This document shows, one piece after another, positions 26,251-40,712 of a stretch of 64,000 nucleotides of DNA. The notes beneath the pieces were generated by a model, which was not told where the DNA came from, made no database searches, and was given only the letters and a program-made list of their open reading frames with translations. The DNA is from Chrysomallon squamiferum (taxonomy: Eukaryota > Animalia > Mollusca), in assembly GCA_012295275.1 (NCBI GenBank), contig CM022667.1, positions 3,348,001-3,412,000 on the forward strand. The letters run 5' to 3'. The number at the start of each line of letters is the position of its first letter. Positions within the stretch are counted from its first letter, which is position 1. The position numbers were made by a program, and so were the translations under genes.

Positions 26251-29200
26251 CATAATCATCATCATTATCATCATAAAAATATTTTGCCTACGGATGATAT
26301 ATATCTCATATAAAGAGTAATTAAATTATCTGTAATTGTAATAAAGTAATTATTTACACTTTCTCATATTCACTTTTTGTTTTTTTAGCTTTTCACTTAC
26401 AATCATTTGCTTAAGCTTGTTAACAAATAATGATTATTCTGTTTCAAATATGTTTATTTATACTTAAACACACAATAGAAGAATATGGACAGTTAGAAAA
26501 TAATAATGTTAGTATGTTAGTGTGTTGGTGAAATGAGAAGTTAGTATAGTACCACACATATAGGAATAGGAGTAAATTTATATTTAATTTTCAGTCCTCA
26601 ACTCAAATTCATCACATGGACACTGAGTGACCTTGAACCATCCAAAGAAAACCAACTTTGTACAGTACCACCACACATAGGAATAGAAGTGAGTATAGTA
26701 TCATACATGCAGGAATAGAAGTGAGTATAGTATCATATATACAGAAATAGAATGTGAGTATAGTACAACATATATAGGAATAGAAGTGAGTATAGTACCA
26801 CACATAGGAATAGAAGTGAGTATAGTATCATACATACCGGAATAGAAGTGAGTATAGTATCATATGTACAGGAACAGAAGTGAGTATAGTATCATATATA
26901 TAGGAATAGAAGTGAGTATAGTACCACACATATAGGAATAAAAGTGAGTATAGTACCACACATATAGGAATAAGAGTGAGTATAGTACCACACATATAGG
27001 AATAGAAGTGAGTATAGTATCATACGTACAGGAATAGAAGTGAGTATTGTATCATACAGGAATGAGAGTGAGTATAGTACCACACATACAGGAATAGAAG
27101 TGAGTATTGTATCATACAGGAATGAGAGTGAATATAGTACCACACATATAGGAATAGAAGTGAGTATAGTACTACATATAGGAATTAAAAAAGGATTTTC
27201 ATCTACTTCATACATATTAAAATAATAATCAAATTTATGTTTTAAAAAATTAATGTTCCTGTTGTGATGACGATGTTGATGTTTGTTTTTCAGATTGCTC
27301 GTGCTCTAGGTTTAACAACTGTAGATTATGATGTGTTGCCTTTGTCTCAGGTAGAAAACAGAATGAAACAGGTAAAAACTAAAATATTAAACTACTGAAA
27401 CAAAAATCACTCAAACCATATTTCTCAGAATATTTACTAACAGTTACCTTGGACATTGTCCAGAATGAAACAGATGAAAATTACTGACATAAAAAAATCA
27501 CTCTGAAGAAACCTCACTACAGATATGATCATTCTTGTTTCAATTAGTTCAGTGATAGACAACCTTCTTGAGATTTGGTTAGTTGCAGGGTCTAACCTTA
27601 TGAAAGGAACTGACTGTTAGAAAGTATTTATAATTTATCAAAATGTCCCTGTCATCAAAAACTGCCATTAATTCATGAAATTTGTCTACAGTTCATTGAT
27701 GTAATTATTATGACAAAAGCACTTCAGTACCTAGTATTTATTTATTTATTTATTTATTTATTTTATTTTATTTTATTTTTTTTAAATATTTGCTCATTGT
27801 TTTTGTTTTACAGATACGTGAGGGATATAATTACGAAGGGGAAGTTTTATATTTTTTGGATTCCTCAGGCTCTGTTATGGGGTTGTTGAAAAAGAAAACA
27901 ATTTGGTAAGTTTGCCCTGATCATTTTTTTTTCTTTCCTTGGTTTGAAAAACAGCATTCCATTTCTACACATTTCACTACTAAAGCATACTATGCACTGA
28001 AATTATTTTCTGTTAGGGATTTTCATAAGACAAACTGTTACATAAAATATGTAAATTTTTGTAAATTATTTTTCAGGTATATTTTGTGTCGAGCAATCAG
28101 AGAAAAAGTAAGAGGAGCCTGTTCATCAGCAGAAAAATCACCTAGCAACTACTCACTGTCCAAGTCCATTAACATGGTAAGTTACTCACTGTCCGAGTCC
28201 ATTAACATGGTAAGTTACTCACTGTCCAAGTCTATTAACATGGTGAGTTGTTTACTGTCCAAGTCCATTAAACATGGTGAGTTACTCACTGTCCAAGTCC
28301 ATAAACATTGTGAGTTATTTACTGTCCAAGTACATTAACATGGTGAGTTACTCACTGTCCAAGTCCATAAACTGGTGAGTTACTGTCCAAATCCATAAAC
28401 ATGGTGAGTTGTTTACTGTAAAAGTCCATAAACATGGTGAGTTGTTTACTGTAAAAGTCCATAAACATGGTGAGTTGTTTACTGTAAAAGTCCATAAACA
28501 TGGTGAGTTGTTTACTGTAAAAGTCCATAAACATGGTGAGTTGTTTTATGTCCAAATCCATAAAGATGGTGAGTTATTTACTGTCCAAGTCAATAAACAT
28601 GGTGAGTTATTTACTGTCCAAGTCCATAAACATGGTGAGTTGTTTACTGTACAAGTCCATAAACATAGTTAGTTATTTACTGTCCAAGTCCATATAAATG
28701 TTGGTTGGTGTCCATTCATGAAACAGCTGCTACTAATTATTATTGTTGTTGTTGTTGAAGTTGTCACACCATCATCATCATCATTATCATCAGCATCATT
28801 ATTATCATTATTATTAAAATTTTCAGACAGAGAAGAGAATCACAGAAATTCAGGACTGGTTAGGACTGGATGAGGAAAGTGTTCGGTTGTGGAAGGTAAA
28901 TTAAAAATTTGGCAAAACAAAAAAATACACAAATTATTTAAAACTGAGGTTTTTCATAGACCGCAGAACAAGCCATGCAAATCAAAAGAAAATATAATTA
29001 AGTCAGTCTGTGTCTGTGTGTGTAATGTATGTGTATGTGTGTGTATATATATATATATATGTATGTGAATGTATAGATCTAGATATGATATGTGTATGTA
29101 TGAGTGGGTATGTATGTATGTTGTGTGTGTGTGTGTGTTTGAATGTATGGATATAATATGATAAAGAGAGTAATGCTTTTATTTCAGACTCTAGCAAGCA

Positions 29201-30119
29201 GATTTCTTAAATGGTGCATCAACAGACTACAGAGTGATAAACTTTCTACTGCTGACCTCATGGACAAGTTTCCAGTCTTGTGGTAATAATATTCACTGCA
29301 CAGCATTTTCTGATTTTATCTTAGAGTCTCATTAACAAGGTTTTTTTAAATGACTCGTCAAAAAATCAACAAAGACTCTGGGTTTTTTACATTTTAATTT
29401 TGAATTTTATTTACTAGTTTTGTAATTGACTCATTAAAAAGGCACCAAATGCAGTAATTTTTTTAACTCTTTTTTCAAATTTTATTTACAAGTTTTGTAA
29501 ATGACTTATTTTACCTTTTACTATTTATTTTTTTATTTGGTTTCATAAGTAAAATATAAAACAAATTAATGAATATTTGTTCTGTTTAAAATTGACACCT
29601 TGGATCCTTTTAACTTTTTTTTTTTTTTTTTTTTAAATATTTAGTCATTTTGTGCTAATGGTTGATAGGAGTGAAGTATTCTTAAAGCAGAATGAAAATT
29701 AAATTATTTAAAGATTTCAATACTTTCATGTAATAATGAATTAAAGATTGTCAGATATCAGGTGCTTGTTTTTAATGATCATTCAGTCATGTTGCTTTTA
29801 TTCTGTTTTATTTAATATTAATAATATTAGTTTGAGAATGTTTTTGTACACATAATAAATGAATTCTATTTTAAACAAATTAAGTAAGTTTTCTTATTTA
29901 TCAGTAACAGGTTTAAAATTATAAAACATAATGATACAAATACAGTGCACTGTTTTGTTAGGAACAAACCAGTTTTTGTTATTTTTATTTTTAATGTTTA
30001 AACTTAGAGATTTAGTTTTAATGTTATATTTTGTTGACAGGAAACAACATTTGGAAGAGAGTGGAATGACTGACAGAATTTTAGCTTGTTGGCAGGAACC
30101 ATCAGGATCTGATTCCTAA
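22568..30119 (+). CDS. Putative stand-alone ATP-dependent RNA ligase, Trl1/T4 Rnl1-like adenylyltransferase domain (477 aa, 13 exons)
   Basis: GT-AG exons 22568-22731, 23398-23566, 23906-24061, 24502-24640, 25403-25505, 25907-26002, 26595-26688, 27294-27371, 27814-27905, 28077-28176, 28827-28895, 29188-29282 and 30041-30119 join into one open 1434-nt frame with consistent phases. Motifs in order: ARG, KKF, I (TRKANGE), Ia (GSKN), III (TAVFEIL..HQHV), IIIa (LKFITW), IV (YEGEVL), V (LLKKKT), then WYILCRAIRE. The gene model is high confidence; the family call is from motif recognition only. Confidence 0.8.
23083..23134 (+). mobile_element. Decayed SINE-like 3' tail ending in (CATT)n
   Basis: The sequence atagctgatatgttcttcatgctagggtatcattaaacattcattcattcat resembles the 3' ends of gastropod short interspersed elements as I recall them. 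Only about 50 bp remains. Confidence 0.3.
24880..25428 (+). repeat. ~77-bp tandem repeat (about 7 copies) containing the exon-5 acceptor of the ligase gene
   Basis: Unit atgtattaacag|tggacataaaacgttaccctgaagaaagtactcatttttagttgtttagataacattatattttaac. The last copy supplies the real acceptor (AG 25401-02). Confidence 0.9.
26662..27186 (+). repeat. ~32-bp minisatellite (about 16 copies) containing the exon-7 donor of the ligase gene
   Basis: Unit atagtaccacacatataggaatagaa|gtgagt. The first copy is the end of exon 7 (…VPPHIGIE|gtgagt). Confidence 0.92.
28149..28697 (+). repeat. ~33-bp minisatellite (about 16 copies) containing the exon-10 donor of the ligase gene
   Basis: Unit tactcactgtccaagtccattaacatg|gtragt. 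The first copy is the end of exon 10 (…YSLSKSINM|gtaagt). Confidence 0.92.
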
Positions 30120-33100
30120 CAGGAACCCCATGATGCATTGCAGAAATTTGCATCACCACGGTTACAGCATTACAATGCAATAACAATGACAATAAGATTA
30201 ATGATAACATATTTACACAGCAATAAGATATATTTTGTAGAAATTTTTAAATAACTTCATATCAGCATACTTTTTAAAGAAATATTTAAAATTTTAAAAA
30301 TCTTTTCCAAGATGAAGATCAGATCATTTTTACTTCTCTACATTTAGTCTTTTATTTGTAATCTTTTATTCTCACAGCAATGAAGAATTATTGTAAATCA
30401 GGAAAAAAAAACATGGTCTGCATTAAATTGGGATTCTAATTAAAAAAAAGATTAAACAAGTTAAAAATACAAGCAAAAATGCTAAAAAGATATATAAATA
30501 TATATATATATTTTATTACTTAATTCCACATTTTTGGCATTTGTTCAAAAGAAGAAAATGTATTAGTATTTTTAGTATTTTAAAATAATTTTTGTTTATC
30601 TCAAAATAAAAAAAATAATAATTAAATACAATCATTAGATATTTTTACAGCTTTTAATGCAAAAATCAGTAACACAATAATTTGTCTTTATTTATCAAAT
30701 AGCTAACAGTTTTTAAAATATTTAAATAAGTCAGACCAGTGAAGTGATATTTTAATTAAAATATTTTGACACAAAATTGGAATAAGCATCAATATGTATA
30801 TATTAGAAGTGATTTAAAAGAATCAATTTTGAATAGAATCAGAATCAGCTAATTTATATGCCATGAAATTTTACTCAATTTTAATGTCTGACATTTTTTT
30901 ATTCTGATTTACAGTTTGTTGAAAAATATTGCATGATGTTTACGTTGTAAGATATTTTTTATTTGTATATTTTGTTTTACTCTTTGTTTTATTTGTTGAT
31001 TATTATTCACATAATACCAATTCTGATTCAAACAGTATTTACAAAAATAATAACTGAGTATTTTCCAAGTTTTAATTTTATCAGAAATAATCACTATTAT
31101 ATGTGTTTTGCTGACATGCATATGCATCATACATGCAAATAAATACACATGCATGCATGCATATGCACAAGATACATTGAATTGAAATTGCAGCATAATG
31201 TTAATGTATTAATGTGTGTATTCAGTTGTATCACATGTTTATAGAGTCAGAAGAGATATTAATATAACAGTTATATATGTCAGTAATAAATTTTATATAT
31301 TAATAATTAGGTACTGCTGTTCCATGAAATATTTATATATTAGTTATAAATGGTATGATACAAATCTGTATATATATATAAGTCAGGGAAAACATTATTT
31401 CAAAGATTAAGTTCAAAATATAATTTCTTATTAAAAATTCAAAAAATATGATAATTTATTCTTTTATATATATATATATATAAAGTTCAAAATCCAATTT
31501 CTTATTAAAAATGAGAAAATATGAGAATATACGATAATATATATATATATTCTTTTTAATTAATTATCTGCAAAATAACATTGTTTTAGATACAAATATG
31601 AATTTTTATATTTACATTCATTATTCTTTTTCTTTTCTTTATTTATTTTTTTTTACCTTTTCCTTTTTTTAAAAACTATTTTGAGGCTTTTAATAATTGT
31701 TTACTAAATAATTAAACAGAAATTTAAAATACAAAGATTTCCTGTGATGTGTCAGATATACATACCAAAAGATTTTCACATTCCACCATTTAAATAAAAT
31801 TTTAAACTGTAGATACAACATTCCACAGTTAAAATTAAATTTAAAAAATAAAATTTGTTAAATATGAACCGTGCCTCTTTTTTAAACAATTGTTTATGTA
31901 CATGTTTTTCAAAAGAAATCATGTAAATATTTTTTAAAAATAACTTAATTGTTGTTATTTCAGGATAGGTTGGTCTCTGTTTTTAAAATTCTAACTGTTA
32001 AAACATGTTTTGTTGTTGTATCTTGTTGTATATCATATTGTATTGTTATGTGTAACATGGGTATTGTTATTTGACACTTTGACCTATCACTCCCCATTTG
32101 TCTTGTTGACCGTTTGACCTTCATACATCTTTGAAGGGCCTTTCATATTTATGATTTGACCTTCAGTCTTGTCTGCATTACCTTCGTGTTTTCTGCTCCA
32201 CCCTTTAATACTTTTCTGTTTGTTTTAATTTCTCTTTTTAAAATTATCTTTGTTTAAAATTAGTCATAAATTTTTACCTGTTGTATTTTAATTTTTGTTG
32301 TTAAAAGTTTTGCTTTGTCTCTGATTCACTACTTCTTTATTCAGCTGATTTTTTTTTTAATTATACAATTATAGCTTTGTGTTTAAATATTTAGATTATT
32401 CTTTTCTTAATTTTAGCTTTTAAAATTTTATATATATTCTTAAAATTATTTTTTTTTTATTAATATTTTACTTTTTTTTTTACTTGAGCAATCATATATA
32501 TTAACTTTTAAAATTTATTTTAACAATCATCATTTTAAAAGCTTTTTGTTTATAGCTAATTGAAGTCACATAAATTAATTTAATTAAAAAAAAAAATGTA
32601 TGAATAATTAAACACATTATTTTTATCTACTTGTTGATTAATTCTTTTTTCTTAATTTTTTTTTATCCAGCAAATCAATTTAAACATTTATAATTTGAAT
32701 ATAATTATATAATAGAGTTGTATAAGAACATTTCTTTTTTTGGTATTTTAATCTGATTCATGTACTACGAGTAACTGTTTTAGTTTTTATACATAAATTG
32801 TTATTTTTATAATAGAACAAATGTTTATAAAACATTATTTATATTTTTGCTGTAAACTTCTGACTACCTCAGTCACTGTGTGTGCACATATCACACTCTG
32901 CACATGCATGCATGCACATACACACACACACAAACACATATACCACATACACTAATATAAACATATACAAAAACACATATATATGCAGGTTTATAAATCC
33001 ACAAACATACTGATATACACATACAATTACACACACACACACATACACATATATAAACACACACATTCACACACAGACATACACACATATACAAGTGCAC

Positions 33101-34885
33101 AGACACACACACACAGAACTACTAACACAATACAAATATGCACACATACATTAATGTACAATTTTATTTTGCATGCTTTTAGCTATATGAAAGTTTTGCA
33201 CTTGTATATAGTTTTACATTTTGTCTGAATTTCAGTTAAAACAGGGTTTGCAATATTAACCACAAAGTAACTTAATTTATTTTTTACAAGATTACTTGTA
33301 TTTCTTCATATTAAATTTTACATAATTGCTTTTTACTTTTTGCGAAAATCATCTTAAATTGTATTTAAAGAAAACAAAATACATATAAGAAGACTTTTAA
33401 ATACATTTTTATCCTTTATTTTAAACACTGTGCTTGCATAAATTAACATTTTTTGTTTGATTTAGGTTTTGATTTTATCATTTGATTTTTTGATTTTAGT
33501 TTTTATTCAAATTCAATTTATAGCAAAAATCAATTTACTACTTTTTTCTCGCTTTTAAATTGCAAAGATTTTTGATTTTCAAAAGAATCTGGATATTAGC
33601 ATTTCACTGCTTACTTTGGGTGAATAGGATTTTTATGTTTTATTTTGACAACCTTTTTTCAAAACTGTAAACCTGTTTAATGTTTTCTTTTCAACTCATT
33701 TCATAAAAGCAGTAGGTCAACAAGTACCTCCTCCATAGCAATTCGGGTTTTAATTTCTTTTATTTTCATTTACCATTTTGTTGTGTAGAAATTTTAATGT
33801 TACATTATCTGTCTTTTTTTTTTAGCCATTTTAAATTCATAGATTTATTTTTTGTTGTTGTTCTTGTTGATGCTTTTGTTGTTTTACTCATTGTTTAATT
33901 TTTCTGTTGAGATGATTTTTTTTTTTTTTTTTTTCAGATTCTCACATGTGCCAATAACAATTTTTCAACAGCAGATTAATTATTATTATTACTAGTAGTA
34001 CTACTACAAATTTATAATTTTTTGTTTTTGTCTTTCAATAGAGAAAGAGCATCTGTAATCTGCATGCCACATGTCAACAATTTTTTTATATTCTATTGTT
34101 TCATTTGAACATAAATGTGAAAGTTTGCAATCCATGATACATATTATAAGAATAAGAAAATTTTTTAAATGTTAAATGCTCAAACAATTGAAAAATGTAT
34201 ATATTTTTTATGATATTTTTAAACCATATCACTCTATGATAATCACTGCACTTGAATAAAAATTTGTTGAAAACAAATGGGTTTAGTTTTGGTTTTCATT
34301 ACAGAGTTAATATTCATGAATAACTTAATTCTTTATTAATTTTGAACAGAAACTGGTTAATGGTAGTAGGTATAGTTTTTGAATAGTAGTAGCAACCAGG
34401 ATCTAATCTTCAGAGGAAACCAGTTGTCCATTTCATATTTCTCTTTTTTTTTTAAATGCATTTATTTTTAAAATTAATATATTTTTTTTTTTATTGTTGT
34501 TTTTTTTTTTTTTTTTTTTTTTTTTTTCAATAATTTAATTTAAAATGTACAAAACAAATGTCAGCACTCACTTATGCACAGATTTACATAATTTTCAATT
34601 ATTAGTTACCAAACCAAAGAATAATTTTTGGAAAACACACACACAAAAAAAAAAACATCTGCATTTATGAAATAAATTTAATGACAATGATATTAACTTC
34701 AATGCAATAATTTGTTTCTATCTTTTTACAATCAAAAGTCTTTTTTTTTTTTTTTTACCACTCCTCTCTCAAACACTGTTCAGGAAAAAAATTTCATGAA
34801 AAATGTTCTAAGCCACCAACATGAAAATATGAAAAAAAATGTTTTTAAATGAAATATCCTTTTTTTCGAAACTTAAGTTAGTTTT

Positions 34886-38025
<3,140 letters not shown>

Positions 38026-38029
38026 TTTT

Positions 38030-38563
38030 CATAAATATATCGGATATCTCTTCTTTTTAACTTCGTTACTTCTCTCTTCTTTTAAAATTTGTCAATATTT
38101 AATTCAATGGGTTTTCATTAGAGACAGGCAAAGAAAGGGAAATCTAATAATGTGTACCAAGTTGACTGAAAAAAGTGAAATAAACTTATAAAGGAAGCGA
38201 ACAATTCCAGCCACTCTAAAATCCGCGCACGGTAACACGGAAATATTTGTCGCACGTCAATTCTTTCAAACAAATAAGTCCCAGTTTCAATAAGTTTAAA
38301 CTTCTAAGATATAAAACATATTCACTTTTATTATAAAATAAAGCAGTTCGCTGGAAATGTTCGCTTGCTTCGCTTTAGCATGACTTTCAATTTTTCTTAG
38401 ACAGGATATCCGGTAAAACAGGACATGGAAGTCAAGAAGGCGTATTAATATTCTAATCATATGAAAGTGAAAACCGAACCAATGATCACACTGGATAAAA
38501 TGTATTTTGTGCGGATGCAGTAAGATACCTCTTTGATAGGTATAAATGTACTACGAACTAATA

Positions 38564-38611
<48 letters not shown>

Positions 38612-38842
38612 TTAATTAATATATATATATATATATATTTATTTAAATTTGTGTGTCAAAGAAACATTCGGAACATTGACACATACACAAATACATCTAG
38701 ACAGATGCAGATTCAGTAATAATTGAAATATTATTTCAAATCCAATTTATTTATTTATTATTGTTGTTGTTGTTTTGGTTGCTGCTGTTGCTGTTGTTAT
38801 ATCATTATCATTATAATTATAATAATAATAATAATAATAATA

Positions 38843-38892
<50 letters not shown>

Positions 38893-39235
38893 TGTATTTT
38901 TCTTACTTAAATGTTGTTTTCAATTTTTATTTATTTATTTATATTAATTTAAAACACGTTCATTGTTCAGTTTCTTTCCGAAACACTGCTGCAGTTCGTA
39001 ATAGTGAAATAAAATCAAAATTGCAATAAAATAACGTCGAAAACTTTTAAACTTAAAAAAGTTAATGTACAGTTCTTTGCTCTCTGAATTTTGGCTGTTT
39101 TCTTAACAACTCCTACTTTTAAATGAAATAATAACGTAGAATTCTGCACTACTTATCGTGGCGAATTCATAAAAATCGGGTTGTCGTTCGGCAACATTGT
39201 TGATAGCTGCTAGGCAATGTAATTTTCGTTTCAAG
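38030..39235. promoter_or_regulatory. Divergent promoter region between PSMD7 and the coiled-coil gene, with X-box-like motifs at 39180-39218
   Basis: The two ATGs are head-to-head and 1.2 kb apart. GTTGTCGTTCGGCAAC (39180-39195) and GCTGCTAGGCAAT (39206-39218) resemble the RFX X-box GTTGCTAGGCAAC. Confidence 0.5.
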
Positions 39236-40668
39236 ATGCAAGAACCTACCGGATCCCCGGAAAGGATTCCGAAATCAGAAATATTAAATCAAAATGAAAG
39301 ACTCACGACGAAACATATACAGACGTTATCATTTTTAAATGACCTTGCTAACGAAAACACGGAATTAAAAGCTAAAGTTCAAGAGTTGGAGGTAAAATTT
39401 GTCTGTTGGAAACTAATTATTATTAATATTACTACTAGTGTTTTCGTTTACTATAGCTTTAATCAAATTAATATACTTTCAGTAATATCATATAACGATA
39501 AAGGTAAAGTTTTCAAAATAAAATAAAACGATAAATTATGTATATTTGTTTTAAATTGTCTTCAGGAACAGCAGTCAAAATGTGCCAGTTTACATGCCTT
39601 GGCGGAAAATTCACAAAGTCGAATCAAAGAAATTCAGCAGCAGTATTTAAACCGATCTGATGAAATCAATGCAATGTTAGCAGAGAAACATAAAAATGAG
39701 GTTTGTTATCTTTAATCTAAAATAAATAAATAAACGTTAAAAATAATTTTAAAATGATTTTAAAATGTTGGAACAGTAGATGCATGCATGTAATGTTGTA
39801 TGCATTTAAGAAATTATTGCTTTACCTTTTATTTATTAACTTCTTTTAATGTTTTTTATTTTTCATAATAAAAATAAAAACAAAAATTAAATTATTTTTT
39901 TACAAATAATTTTTAATTATTATTTTTATTGTTTTGCAGGTTCTCCAACTTGTTGATGAAAAGTTAGAACTGGAAAAAAGATATTCTGAAGAAATTAATG
40001 CTGTAAGAAAAATAATACACTGAAAAATAATTTGGTAGTTATTTATGTTTTGCTTGTTTTGCAGATCACAGAATTTGAAAAGATATCAGGAAGCATTTTT
40101 CTGCTTAAACCTGAGTTCCTTTTTTTTTTTTTTTTTTTTTTTTTGTTAAATTTGTTACATTATTCTTCTTTGGGGGTGAATATTAATTTGTTTTTAAATT
40201 TTGTTATTATTTATTTGCTTTGATCAGTTTATTTCATATTATTGTTATTTGTTAAACCAGAAGGCAGCTTAATATCAAAATGTGCAAAATAAATAACCAA
40301 AGTGAAAGATAATGATATTAATAACAGCCATAACTGAAGATTAGTGAAAACCGATACAATTTCACTGTAACTAAAAAATAAAAAATTTGTATTTCCATTA
40401 GTAAACTGTTAAATGTGTTTTAATTTATAATTGTTTTTTTAAATGCATTTATTTATTAAATTTTTTGATTTTTATTGTTGTTGTTTTTTGTTTAAATGTT
40501 TTTTTCAATAATTTAATTTAAAATGTACAAAATAAATGTCAACATTCGTTTATGCACAGATTTAAGTAATTTTCAATTCATTACTTTTATTATTTACTGG
40601 TTTGTTTAGTTATTTTTTAACGTTTGTTATTTGGGTTTATTAATCTGGTTTTATGGGCATATTTAATA

Positions 40669-40712
<44 letters not shown>

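Noticed and set aside
26662-28697. 32-33-bp arrays considered as CRISPR-like, and their repeat-derived ORFs (26892..27215, 28352..28672)
   Set aside because: The units are head-to-tail with no unique spacers, the context is eukaryotic intron, and there are no cas genes. The ORFs are by-products of the periodicity.
40064-40115. Candidate extra exon in the coiled-coil gene after ttttgcag
   Set aside because: The acceptor is good but no phase-compatible strong donor follows, and the gene is complete without it.
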